Positions 1-13,094 of a stretch of DNA of 64,000 bases are shown here, piece by piece. The translations under genes were made by a program, and so were the position numbers. The stretch's first letter is position 1. Every line of letters begins with the position of its first letter. Origin of the DNA: Eledone cirrhosa (taxonomy: Eukaryota); NCBI GenBank assembly GCA_964016885.1, contig OZ024741.1, forward strand, positions 226,548,001 to 226,612,000, given 5' to 3'. The notes below the pieces were generated by a model. The model did not search any database, was not told where the DNA came from, and was given only the letters and a program-made list of their open reading frames with translations.

Positions 1-160
1 GATCGTCCGAACTGTTTCTATCTATCCAATTTCACTCAAGACATGTGTCGGCCCAAAGGTACGGAGAATGATATTTGACCAAAATTTCACGAAATGGGAT
101 CGATCGCGGACCAAATGATTATGAGCCGAGCGTTTTAGCCACTTGGCCGTACTACGCCTA
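1..160 (-). mobile_element. Degenerate tRNA-headed SINE-like fragment, related to 28875-28995
   Basis: Shares ctatc..aat..cactca..tcggccc and ggga..ga..c blocks with 28875-28990; minus strand begins with a tRNA-like GGCGTAGTACGGCCAAGTGG. Confidence 0.4.
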
Positions 161-675
161 ATAGAAACAGTATAAAAACTAGTTCAACGCGAACGATGCA
201 TCATCAAACTCGCTGTTGGATCCACTCAGCTTATTCCAGGTAGAATATGCAAATGGTGAGAACACGTAGGTGATGAAAAATTGTTAGAATAGGACAAGAA
301 AATCTCTGCGAGATGAGGAAGATTTGGTGGTGGAGAGACGCAGGTATCTGCAAGCTTTTGCCAATGCAAACAAAATACTGTATATTGACCATAATCTAAA
401 GTTGTCATAATTCCTTTTCGACCTTGAAATACAGATGTCAGTTAAAGGACAAGCACTCATTACAGAGTTTTAATGAGATCAGCCAATGTAGAGATTAATA
501 GTTTGTTCTCTGCAATCATTTTCGGGGAGGGGGGATAAGGCTGGCTACAAACATCATATTAGTGGTGCCTGTTTCAATGCTAAAACCAGTATTGACTTTC
601 TGGAAATTACTATCGAACTGGAAGAGGTGATTAATGATTAGCCTAGCAAAAAAGTAGCATCAACTTAATAATGAT

Positions 676-815
676 TTGGGCACAAAGCCAGCAAATTTGG
701 GGAGAGGGCAAAGTTAACTAAATCAACACCAGTACTTGATTGGTACTTTATTTTATCGCCCCCGGAAGTATGAAATGCAAAGTGGGCATTGGCAGGATTT
801 GAACTCGGAATTTAA
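676..815 (-). mobile_element. Old copy of the tRNA-derived SINE
   Basis: Reverse complement of the family B-box (gagttcaaatcc) and core (gataaaataaagtacc). Confidence 0.6.
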
Positions 816-2044
816 AGAGCAAGAACAAAGTAATATTAAGGAGAAATATGCCCTTGATGACTATTGCACTCCCGTCCATCATCCTGCGTCTATCATCAGC
901 GTGTCTTTACGGGTCAGCAACACTAAATACGGAGGCATTGAATTCCCTAGAAAGATATATATGACAATAACACCTGTCTAATATGGTCCTTCAGCTGTTG
1001 TTAAATCTACACATGGTAAAAGCAAAAGAAAATGTTGCAAATGAGAAGTGATAATTGTTTCAACTCTGAACTTAAAGTTTAAAAACAAGAAAATTCAATT
1101 TATCTAGGAGCAATTCTTAGTTGCCAACAATTTCATCTGTTGTTTAGCTCCAGCAGATATTTGATGAAAGGTATTTCTGTCGTGTTCATTCATTTTTGGA
1201 GGATATCTAACAGTGTTATCTAATGTTAACTTCTCATTTGCGAATTCAGGGAGGCTTGGCTAATATATTTCGCAGGTTGAGCGACAATGTTAGAATCAGT
1301 GTAAAAACTTTGCTGGAAAAAATGTGAAATATCATTTGATGATAAAAGTATTTGGATGTCGTGTCTGCAATCAACGGTTATATCTTAATCAATAGATTTT
1401 AAACATGCACGTTGTGTAAGATTTATGGAATGAAACATTATTGGTTTCACTGGTTTGTTTACGCAGATGAAGATGTATCTTAATTACTATCATAAATGGG
1501 AAAGGGTTAGGAAAAGTGTTTTCAGACAATACACTTGCCAATTCTGCTTAATGAGGTAGAATTATTGGATGAGAAATCTTAAGGGGTTTGGCTGTGATTT
1601 ATTGTGGTCCATTTCCATGTCAAAGAAGATTGGGCAAAACTTTACTTCCCTCTGGGTATGTATGTCATGTACACTAATTAAAATTTCACGCTGATCTTCC
1701 ATAATAACATTGACAGCAATTCAAACGGCCAAGAATGGGAAAGTATTAGCTTAAGGCGTTGTTAATGTTAAATATATTGAAGCGACCTACGTGACAGTAA
1801 TTCAATAATTCTCCGTTGGTCTCAACTACAAACGCATGGATTCAATTTTGCTTTCGGTGAAAATTGAAAAAAATGAAACAAGAAAATGATTCTATAACAG
1901 TAGTATCGTAAGATATATAAAACAAAATACAGGTAAATATATGAGTACCCCATACTAACATGCATATATAATATTTAAAACAATTACCTCTGGAGGATAT
2001 TACGCACATCTTAAGTTTTTTTTTATAAGATATGCAGTACATAA

Positions 2045-2258
2045 AGGCGATAGATTGGCCACAGAGATAGAGCACCGGACAAAATGATTTGCAGTATTTA
2101 GTTACGACTTTCTGTTCTGAGTTCAAATCCCGCTGATGTCAAATTGGCATGTTATCTCTCCGGGGTCAATAAAATAAAATACCGGCTAAATAATAGAATC
2201 GATATAATCTACTTTCTCCTTCCTATAAATTGCTGGTCTTGCGCCAATGTTAGAAAGA
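2045..2258 (+). mobile_element. tRNA-derived SINE, diverged long subfamily
   Basis: ggcgatagattggc head, ctgagttcaaatcccg B-box, ggggtcaataaaataaa core, aaattgctggtcttg tail. Confidence 0.7.
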
Positions 2259-2476
2259 ATATATACAATACATAGAATTACGAGTCATACGCCAAAGCTC
2301 CGAACAACTATTGTTATGGAAATACTGCTTCTTTTCTCGAGCCTCCAGATGAAACCTGGAGGTTGAGCTATTCAGTCACGTTTAGTCAGCCACTATTTAG
2401 TCTATTACCTCCACCGATCCAGATTGATGTATGAACAATGCTGGAGAGATAACTTCCTGGCTTAGCTTAATAATCA

Positions 2477-2523
<47 letters not shown>

Positions 2524-3036
2524 TATCCTGAATTTTCAGTGTTTCTCGTAGCTGTGATATGGCAGAAATTTGGGCGAAATGACCCTATTCTTTAATCTCA
2601 ACATTTTCCCTAAAAGTCAAACCAAATTCTGTTGAGGCTGCACGAATAGTCCTTCAAATACCAATTGTTTTTATTGTTTATAGAATGCCAGGAGTATATT
2701 TCAGGTAAGGAGGATGGCATTGAATGTGAAGATGAGGTTTTGAGACAATCTCAGCACCCGTTGACCACACATGCGGCTCCCCCCACACCACGACAAAATA
2801 ATAAATACTGACAAAATCGTCAGTATTGAATAGGCGTCCTTTACACAAGAAGCTATACGTTGGTTACTTTACAAAATTCTCTGCAGATATCGCATCTCCC
2901 AATAAACTCACATTATCAGTTCTCGTCAAAGGCGTTAGATGCATAAACGTTTTCTTAGAATGAATTCGAATGAATTGGAAATCTTTTGCAGAAGACATAT
3001 GATAATATATTATTTTTTTTATTTTCATTATTATTT

Positions 3037-3117
<81 letters not shown>

Positions 3118-3423
3118 CTCTCAATCTCTCTCTTTCTCTCTCTCTCGATCGATAATCTAGATTTGTAAAAAAGAATCAGATTGGAATATAAGTTAATTAC
3201 TATCATGATAATTATTCTAAACTGACATTTAAGAAGAATAAAGCTCTTGTCTAAAATTGAATATTTTCGCTGATGTCCCAATTGGCCTGAATAATAATAT
3301 TTTATTGTGTAGCTGTATCTGATATATGAAAACAAATGGATACAATAGCTGGGCATATCAATGAATTAACACGCTAAAATCCATTACAAATCATGTTTTC
3401 CTGTTTTTTATGTTTAAATTCCT

Positions 3424-3482
3424 ACTGCCTGATGAGATTATAGCTCTTGAATAATGGCTATCACTGAAATATATATAACAGT
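3424..3482 (+). ncRNA. Degenerate type I hammerhead motif (family J)
   Basis: actgc-CTGATGA-...atagc/gctat...-GAAA-tatat-ATA-acagt; downstream aaacgaagccaa shared with the 31869 copy. Confidence 0.55.
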
Positions 3483-3539
3483 GGCTATGGAGAAACGAAG
3501 CCAATTTTACCCTGTTGACTTACACTTCTTATTTATATG

Positions 3540-3651
<112 letters not shown>

Positions 3652-3653
3652 TT

Positions 3654-3705
3654 AGTGCTCGCTGAATTCATGCTCGAAACGGCGTGAGGTCAGCCGTCGG
3701 GCACT
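3654..3705 (+). ncRNA. Degenerate hammerhead motif related to family E
   Basis: Helix I agtgctc/gggcact; GAAAC-ggc..gcc-GTC intact; 5' core reduced to ctgaatt. Confidence 0.45.
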
Positions 3706-3951
3706 AACTATTTACATTACATACACTCTACTTTTTCCCATGTATCGAGTACTTAGCTGATTATGGTATCAATAGCCTAAACTCGCAATATATATTATAT
3801 TAATTATACATTGAAACTGAAGCTGCAATTGGGCAGACACTAATCTAATTATTTGAGGCAATCCCAAAGCACTCAGTGTTGAGAGAAATTGATAAATTTC
3901 TCGACCAGAGTAAACACAATGTTATATAAGGGAGACATAATGAATAATAGG

Positions 3952-3989
<38 letters not shown>

Positions 3990-3995
<6 letters not shown>

Positions 3996-4763
3996 AGTTA
4001 GAAACTCAAAATAGTCTTTTACAATTAAATAGCTCAAGGAAGGGAATTTTTCCGAGCCATGTAATACAATTGAATATAATATACGAGAGGGATGAATACC
4101 AATACAAGTATACATGTGTTCGAATTGTAAATGACCAAGTTAGCTAGGTTGAAAAATACTAATTTAAAAGAATATGGTTTGCCTGTCTCGATTTAAAGTA
4201 ATAAATCAATAAAAATAACAAACATATATTGGGCAATCGCCGTTTGATACGCGGACAGATCTAAATCTGTTTCGCAACAATTATTAAGTGAAAGTTACTA
4301 TTCCTGTTCTCTTCTGTGGGTATCCAGGAAATTCGTACCTTTCACTTCAAAAGATTTAAGAAGACTGAAACTATGTGTTGGTAAACGCACATATTACAGC
4401 GCCGAACGCGTCTCATACTCGTGCCGCTAAAAATAGCAGCCGGTTTTATGGGACTAAAGTTAGCTCTACGTATGGAGCCGAGAATATCATATATTGAGTT
4501 AGAAACTGAGTTAGACGGCATTTGCCCAATATAGTTTTGTTATTTTTATTGATTTATTACTTTAAATCGAGACAGGCAACCATATTGTTTTAAATTAGTA
4601 TTTTTCCACGTAGCTAACTTGGTCATTTACAATTCGAACACATGTATACTTCTATTGGTATTCATCCCTCTCATATATTCAATTGTATTACACGGCTCGG
4701 AAAAATTCCCTTCCTTGAGCTATTTAATTGTAAAAGACTATTTTGAGTTATTAACTCAATATA

Positions 4764-4765
<2 letters not shown>
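3990..4765. mobile_element. Fold-back element with ~255-bp inverted arms between (TA)n tracts; degenerate minus-strand hammerhead in the spacer (4246-4324)
   Basis: 3990-4247 is the reverse complement of 4511-4765; minus spacer reads gatac-cca-CaGAAGA-gaaca..tgttgc-GAAAC-agatttagatct-GTC-cgc-gtatc. Confidence 0.7.
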
Positions 4766-4816
<51 letters not shown>

Positions 4817-5794
4817 CAAAATATGAGGAAATAATAGACAAAAATATATCTATTTTTTCTTGAAAGTCCTGACTATAGTTTCGCCGGTTCCTGTGCAAAA
4901 TTTCTGCACTATAAAAATGCATCATCGCTGTGAGGTTGATACGCTTATCAACAGACCCCGCAGAATAAAGGACTGTTTCTTGACGCGTCCATAGCAAGTG
5001 AGAACATTTCTAGAGGTGGAGGGAGGAATTAACACGTCTTACAGTAGCTAAAAAAGGGATTGTTTATATATATATATATATATATACATATATACATACA
5101 CATAATATATATATATACATATTATATATGTATATACATTACATGTATATATGTATTTGTATGTGTGTAATATATATTATCAATGTAGGGTTTACACGAA
5201 TTCCATTTGTTCTTCCAAGGTTACGGGGATAAAATATTGACTTTTCTAAATGTTTCATTAATAGTTCTCCAATGTTATTCTATTAAGGTGACTATTAGCT
5301 TTTCGTTTCTCACGAAATACCATGAATTCAGTTTATGTTTTATTTACATTAAAACCTTTGAGGACCTCCTCTTCAAAGCTTTGCTTTAAGCCAAATCAGA
5401 ATAAATCAATACTAATTTGTGTCATTCAAAAGGAAAACTATAAATCTAGAAATAAAGCAAATATAGAAAGAAAACATTGTTTGTATTGATATTAATATTA
5501 ACATAGTTGAGAGTGATGGATGTCAGACACAATATATATTTGCTAGAGTAGTGGAATAAATAGCCTGCAGTAGATACTGTTCAAATCCTGTAAAGATAGA
5601 CTTAAACATTTATCCTTCTATAGCCGATGACGTCAGTGTCATCCAAGTAAAAAGATATAAGGTTCTTAATTCCCGATAAAGTGATAAGCGTGTCACATTG
5701 ACATTTGGCTTGTTTTAGACATTTATAACCAGGGCGAAGCTTATTCCATTTCACTTGGTCCAACTCTTTATCTTCTGAAATAAAATGCCATCAA

Positions 5795-5925
5795 GTTCTG
5801 AGTTCAAATCCCATCGAGGTCAACTTTGCCTTTCATCCCTACAGGCTCGATAAAATAAAGTACCAGTAAAGCACAAGGGACGATTTAAGCGACTTATTCC
5901 TTTCCTTTAAATTGCTGGCATTGTG
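5795..5925 (+). mobile_element. 5'-truncated tRNA-derived SINE
   Basis: ctgagttcaaatcc...actttgcctttcatcc...cgataaaataaagtaccag. Confidence 0.75.
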
Positions 5926-5929
5926 TTAA

Positions 5930-7215
5930 ATGTAGACACAATTATTATAACGACAGACACACCCCGCCACCACAACAACAACGACATAACAAAAAATCAG
6001 AAAAACCACACACAAATGAAAGAACGGAAACAAAGAATAACACAGAACAAGCAGCCAAGCACACAAGCAGAAGATTTCTACATCAGGAATTGTTCGAAAG
6101 AACAACAATGAGTTTAAAAAATAGATAAACAATAAGATATTCACAAAAAGAGAAGGGATTGACAAACCTTGACAAATCACATCCAGAGAGATTAGAGATG
6201 CAAACAGAAACACATCCACTAAAGCCCCATTTTCCTGGAGACATTGGGGCTTTGATCTAAATCCTAAAAAGTGAACATTACAGATCATTTTAGGAACTCT
6301 GGTGCAACAAACAAGAAGACCATATCAACCGACCTTCCCGGAGACCAACGTATGTAACCTCTTTACTTTCCTTCTTCCAAAATACATGGCTACAATCAGA
6401 GTAAAAAGTATAAATGTGCGGGATATGGGATTGATGTGGAAGAAAGGTCACTTGCTAAATTATCTCAGTTCACTAGAGATAGATGTAGTAACCATCAATG
6501 GGACAACAATTTTAGGAAGGCGTGTTTCGGACCCATTCTTGAAAACTACGAGGTGTATTCAATGTATTTCTTGTCTCGGGTGGCTGCGTAACAGTGCTCT
6601 TCCGGAATATAAGAATGTGGACATGGAGTTATAACAGCTTATCCAGATTCCACTTTGAATTTACGTTAGATTAACGGATAAAGAGATAATTAGAAGAGGA
6701 AATTAAAAAAGGCTTTGCGACCAACATGCTAGCTGCGAGATTGGCACTAGACCATTTCTTCAACGCAAAACATGAAGGATGTGTTGTCAGATTTGAAGCA
6801 TATGCTGTTCAATCAGAAGTGCAATGAGTTATTCGATTCAAGGCAATTGTGCGCAGCCTTCCAAAAGCTTTCTGCTCAATCGTTCCAGATGTTCGGAGAC
6901 AGTGGAAGACTTTAGTACCTTCTTCGACGGCTTGTCACCATTCTCAGCGGGAGACGCGAAATGCTGTGATAGTGCGATAACAGCAGTTGAGATACGGGGG
7001 CGATGCACAAGAGGACCATCGCCCAGTGTGGATGGTCTACTCTACGTGGTTTACGAATACATGCCCGACTTGATCGTTGACATCTTGGCAAGTGTGTACC
7101 GCATCTTATAGCAGAATGAAGTAATTCACAGTTCTGCGACTTGGGTGCAGCTCAGGAAAGCCACGAACAAAGGATGGATAATTTCAGGACTATTTTCAAA
7201 GGAAAGGTCATTGAA
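5930..7215 (+). pseudogene. Old decayed Tx1/L1-type LINE (end of ORF1, APE start, pre-RT region), relative of 47500-53346
   Basis: MATIRVKSINVR start; ttcttcaacgcaaaacatgaaggatgtgttgtcaga = FFNAKHEGCVVR identical to the younger element; DGLLYVVYEYMPDL resembles DGLPYELYVQMPDL. Confidence 0.75.
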
Positions 7216-7439
7216 ATCCCTTTACAATTTCAGATACCGAGACTTGATCGACGGCTTCCTATTCTTGTCGGTATCCTGAGACCCGAACTACTCTTTTCCT
7301 TCATAAAATTAGAGGGAGTACACCCTGTCTGAGGAAAAACCCCAGGATCTGGAGTGGCTGATCAACAAGTGTCGCTGGCTGTTCTCCAAAGTAAGGCTTT
7401 CGGGGGCAGAGGAGGGAAACTACTTACTAATATCATTTC

Positions 7440-10400
7440 CATGGCTCCTTTATATGCGGTATATGAAGTAATAGGTTGGGCCATGGCTCCTTTATATGCG
7501 GTATATGAAGTAATAGGTCGAGCCATGGCTCCTTTATATGCTGTATATGAAGTAATAAGTCGAGCCATGGCTCCTTTATATGCGGTATATGAAGTAATAG
7601 ATCGAGCCATGGCTCCTTTATATGCGGTATATGAAGTAATAGGTTGGGTCATGGCTCCTTTATATGCTGTATATGAAGTAATAGGTTGGGTCATGGCTCC
7701 TTTATATGCGGTATATGAAGTAATAGGTCGAGCCATGGCTCCTTTATATGCGGTATATGAAGTAAAAGGTTGGGTCATGGCTCCTTTATATGCGGTATAT
7801 GAAGTAATAGATCGAGCCATGGCTCCTTTATATGCGGTATATGAAGTAATAGGTTGGGTCATGGCTCCTTTATATGCGGTATATGAAGTAATAGGTCGAG
7901 CCATGGCTCCTTTATATGCTGTATATGAAGTAATAGGTCGAGCCATGGCTCCTTTATATGCGGTATATGAAGTAATAGGTCGAGCCATGGCTCCTTTATA
8001 TGCGGTATATGAAGTAATAGGTCGAGCCATGGCTCCTTTATATGCGGTATATGAAGTAATAGGTTAGGTCATGGCTCCTTTATATGCGGTATATGAAGTA
8101 ATAGGTTGGGCCATGGCTCCTTTATATGCGGTATATGAAGTAATAGGTCGAGCCATGGCTCCTTTATATGCTGTATATGAAGTAATAGGTTGGGCCATGG
8201 CTCCTTTATATGCTGTATATGAAGTAATAGGTTGGGCCATGGCTCCTTTATATGCGGTATATGAAGTAATAGGTCGAGCCATGGCTCCTTTATATGCGGT
8301 ATATGAAGTAATAGGTTGGGCCATGGCTCCTTTATATGCTGTATATGAAGTAATAGGTTGGGTCATGGCTCCTTTATATGCGGTATATGAAGTAATAGGT
8401 TGGGTCATGGCTCCTTTATATGCGGTATATGAAGTAATAGGTTGGGTCATGGCTCCTTTATATGCGGTATATGAAGTAATAGGTTGGGTCATGGCTCCTT
8501 TATATGCTGTATATGAAGTAATAGGTTGGGTCATGGCTCCTTTATATGCTGTATATGAAGTAATAGGTTGGGCCATGGCTCCTTTATATGCGGTATATGA
8601 AGTAATAGGTTGGGTCATGGCTCCTTTATATGCGGTATATGAAGTAATAGGTTGGGTCATGGCTCCTTTATATGCGGTATATGAAGTAATAGGTTGGGTC
8701 ATGGCTCCTTTATATGCGGTATATGAAGTAATAGGTCGAGCCATGGCTCCTTTATATGCGGTATATGAAGTAATAGGTTGGGTCATGGCTCCTTTATATG
8801 CGGTATATGAAGTAATAGGTCGAGCCATGGTTCCTTTATATGCGGTATATGAAGTAATAGGTTGGGTCATGGCTCCTTTATATGCGGTATATGAAGTAAT
8901 AGGTTGGGCCATGGCTCCTTTATATGCTGTATATGAAGTAATAGGTTGGGCCATGGCTCCTTTATATGCTGTATATGAAGTAATAGGTTGGGTCATGGCT
9001 CCTTTATATGCGGTATATGAAGTAATAGGTTGGGCCATGGCTCCTTTATATGCTGTATATGAAGTAATAGGTTGGGTCATGGCTCCTTTATATGCGGTAT
9101 ATGAAGTAATAGGTTGGGTCATGGCTCCTTTATATGCGGTATATGAAGTAATAGGTTGGGCCATGGCTCCTTTATATGCTGTATATGAAGTAATAGGTTG
9201 GGCCATGGCTCCTTTATATGCTGTATATGAAGTAATAGGTTGGGTCATGGCTCCTTTATATGCTGTATATGAAGTAATAGGTTGGGTCATGGCTCCTTTA
9301 TATGCTGTATATGAAGTAATAGGTTGGGTCATGGCTCCTTTATATGCTGTATATGAAGTAATAGGTTGGGCCATGGCTCCTTTATATGCTGTATATGAAG
9401 TAATAGGTTGGGTCATGGCTCCTTTATATGCGGTATATGAAGTAATAGGTTGGGTCATGGCTCCTTTATATGCGGTATATGAAGTAATAGGTTGGGTCAT
9501 GGCTCCTTTATATGCGGTATATGAAGTAATAGGTTGGGTCATGGCTCCTTTATATGCGGTATATGAAGTAATAGGTTGGGTCATGGCTCCTTTATATGCT
9601 GTATATGAAGTAATAGGTTGGGTCATGGCTCCTTTATATGCTGTATATGAAGTAATAGGTTGGGCCATGGCTCCTTTATATGCGGTATATGAAGTAATAG
9701 GTTGGGTCATGGCTCCTTTATATGCGGTATATGAAGTAATAGGTTGGGTCATGGCTCCTTTATATGCGGTATATGAAGTAATAGGTTGGGTCATGGCTCC
9801 TTTATATGCGGTATATGAAGTAATAGGTCGAGCCATGGCTCCTTTATATGCGGTATATGAAGTAATAGGTTGGGTCATGGCTCCTTTATATGCGGTATAT
9901 GAAGTAATAGGTCGAGCCATGGCTCCTTTATATGCGGTATATGAAGTAATAGGTTGGGTCATGGCTCCTTTATATGCGGTATATGAAGTAATAGGTTGGG
10001 CCATGGCTCCTTTATATGCTGTATATGAAGTAATAGGTTGGGCCATGGCTCCTTTATATGCTGTATATGAAGTAATAGGTTGGGTCATGGCTCCTTTATA
10101 TGCGGTATATGAAGTAATAGGTTGGGTCATGGCTCCTTTATATGCGGTATATGAAGTAATAGGTTGGGCCATGGCTCCTTTATATGCTGTATATGAAGTA
10201 ATAGGTTGGGCCATGGCTCCTTTATATGCTGTATATGAAGTAATAGGTTGGGTCATGGCTCCTTTATATGCTGTATATGAAGTAATAGGTTGGGTCATGA
10301 CTCCTTTATATGCTGTATATGAAGTAATAGGTTGGGTCATGGCTCCTTTATATGCTGTATATGAAGTAATAGGTTGGGCCATGGCTCCTTTATATGCTGT

Positions 10401-12143
10401 ATATGAAGTAATAGGTTGGCTCATGGCTCCTTTATATGCTGTATATGAAGTAATAGGTCGAGCCATGGCTCCTTTATATGCGGTATATGAAGTAATAGGT
10501 TGGGCCATGGCTCCTTTATATGCTGTATATGAAGTAATAGGTCGAGCCATGGCTCCTTTATATGCGGTATATGAAGTAATAGGTTGGGCCATGGCTCCTT
10601 TATATGCGGTATATGAAGTAATAGGTTGAGCCATGGCTCCTTTATATGCTGTATATGAAGTAATAGGTTGAGCCATGGCTCCTTTATATGCTGTATATGA
10701 AGTAATAGGTTGGGTCATGGCTCCTTTATATGCGGTATATGAAGTAATAGGTTGGGTCATGGCTCCTTTATATGCTGTATATGAAGTAATAGGTTGGGCC
10801 ATGGCTCCTTTATATGCTGTATATGAAGTAATAGGTTGGGTCATGGCTCCTTTATATGCTGTATATGAAGTAATAGGTTGGGTCATGGCTCCTTTATATG
10901 CTGTATATGAAGTAATAGGTTGGGCCATGGCTCCTTTATATGCTGTATATGAAGTAATAGGTTGGGTCATGGCTCCTTTATATGCGGTATATGAAGTAAT
11001 AGGTTGGGTCATGGCTCCTTTATATGCGGTATATGAAGTAATAGGTTGGGCCATGGCTCCTTTATATGCGGTATATGAAGTAATAGGTTGGGTCATGGCT
11101 CCTTTATATGCTGTATATGAAGTAATAGGTTGGGTCATGGCTCCTTTATATGCGGTATATGAAGTAATAGGTTGGGTCATGGCTCCTTTATATGCTGTAT
11201 ATGAAGTAATAGGTTGGGTCATGGCTTCTTTATATGCGGTATATGAAGTAATAGGTTGGGTCATGGCTCCTTTATATGCTGTATATGAAGTAATAGGTTG
11301 GGCCATGGCTCCTTTATATGCGGTATATGAAGTAATAGGTTGGGTCATGGCTCCTTTATATGCGGTATATGAAGTAATAGGTTGGGCCATGGCTCCTTTA
11401 TATGCGGTATATGAAGTAATAGGTTGGGTCATGGCTCCTTTATATGCGGTATATGAAATAATAGGTTGGGTCATGGCTCCTTTATATGCTGTATATGAAG
11501 TAATAGGTTGGGTCATGGCTCCTTTATATGCTGTATATGAAGTAATAGGTTGGGTCATGGCTCCTTTATATGCGGTATATGAAGTAATAGGTTGGGTCAT
11601 GGCTCCTTTATATGCTGTATATGAAGTAATAGGTTGGGTCATGGCTCCTTTATATGCGGTATATGAAGTAATAGGTTGGGTCATGGCTCCTTTATATGCT
11701 GTATATGAAGTAATAGGTTGGGTCATGGCTCCTTTATATGCGGTATATGAAGTAATAGGTTGGGTCATGGCTCCTTTATATGCTGTATATGAAGTAATAG
11801 GTTGGGCCATGGCTCCTTTATATGCGGTATATGAAGTAATAGGTTGGGTCATGGCTCCTTTATATGCGGTATATGAAGTAATAGGTTGGGCCATGGCTCC
11901 TTTATATGCGGTATATGAAGTAATAGGTTGGGTCATGGCTCCTTTATATGCGGTATATGAAATAATAGGTTGGGTCATGGCTCCTTTATATGCTGTATAT
12001 GAAGTAATAGGTTGGGTCATGGCTCCTTTATATGCTGTATATGAAGTAATAGGTTGGGTCATGGCTCCTTTATATGCTGTATATGAAGTAATAGGTTGGG
12101 CCATGGCTCCTTTATATGCTGTATATGAAGTAATAGGTTGGGT
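7440..12143. repeat. 42-bp minisatellite, about 112 units (catggctcctttatatgc[g/t]gtatatgaagtaataggt[tgggt/tgggc/cgagc])
   Basis: Direct tandem periodicity of 42 nt over 4.7 kb with no spacers. Confidence 0.98.
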
Positions 12144-12633
12144 TAACAAAAATATGATTTACCTTCCCCTAAGCATGTGAATTCAGAAGCTAATTATTAA
12201 TTTTCTTTTCTTTAATTACCACACTTCTCTTTGAAAATCACAAACAATGGTAATAATTAATACTAAGCTTTTGGTTTCTTTCCCTCACTGAGAGGAAAAT
12301 TTCAGCTAATCTTTATATATATAAAAGCGAGGATGTGTGAGTGTATGTGTACAACTTTGCATGCATAAGGCTTTCACAATTACCAACTGAATTTGACCAA
12401 ATTTTCGGTGCACGTTGCACAGGTCGCTAAGATTGTCACATCACAAACATTTTTCAAATCGACCCACGTTGAGCAATAAAAAATCGATATCAAAATTATC
12501 GGTAGAAAAATTGATGTAAGGGAGATAACAAACTTTATTGACAATCCCTATAAAAAAGGGAGATAACCTTTTCACCAAATATGCCCCGTAAAAGAATGTA
12601 TGCACATATTGGCTATCGGTCGAAGAAAATAAT

Positions 12634-12830
12634 TGTTTCTACTTTAGGCACAAGGCCAGCAATTACCCAGTGCATTACTGGTACTTTGTTTTATCGACCC
12701 CGTAAGGATGAAAGGCAAAGTCAACCTCGGCGGGATTTGAACTCAGATCGTAAAGGGACGTAACTATGCTGGAAAGCATGGCGTCCGACCCTCTACTGAT
12801 ACTGCCAATCCACGCCCTTAGCCAATCCAC
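12634..12830 (-). mobile_element. Young tRNA-derived SINE (short subfamily) nested in the Helitron
   Basis: Near-identical to 30863-31050; 15-bp TSD gtcgaagaaaataat at 12619-12633 and 12831-12845. Confidence 0.9.
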
Positions 12831-13094
12831 GTCGAAGAAAATAATGCGTGTAAATGACGCTCCGCCGATAACCGAAAATAGACAATCACTAAATGCGGTG
12901 AGTACAGTTATTGCAACATCTTTGTCCGCCGCTGAGCGTCGGTTAGTGCGGCGAACCAATAATGCTAAAGCAACTGGTGCAGCACGAGCTGCAGACACTA
13001 CAGAGCAACGTAATACACGCCTTGCTATGGATGCTACAGATACTGCTGCAGCAAGATCTGCAGAGACAGTACAAAAATATGAAAGGCAGCAACT

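Noticed and set aside
900-1620. Possible decayed coding sequence on the minus strand
   Set aside because: No recognisable motif or sustained frame
4864-4973. Possible minus-strand hammerhead (agtcct ... GAAAC-tata-GTC-aggact)
   Set aside because: The 3' half and helix I fit, but the CTGANGA box is absent; not counted
7440-12143. CRISPR-like array
   Set aside because: No unique spacers, no cas genes, eukaryotic context
7354-12180. ORFs of 222-1361 aa made of 14-aa repeats on both strands
   Set aside because: A by-product of a 42-bp unit with stop-free frames; open on both strands, sporadic stops, no substantial unique domains or evident splice context
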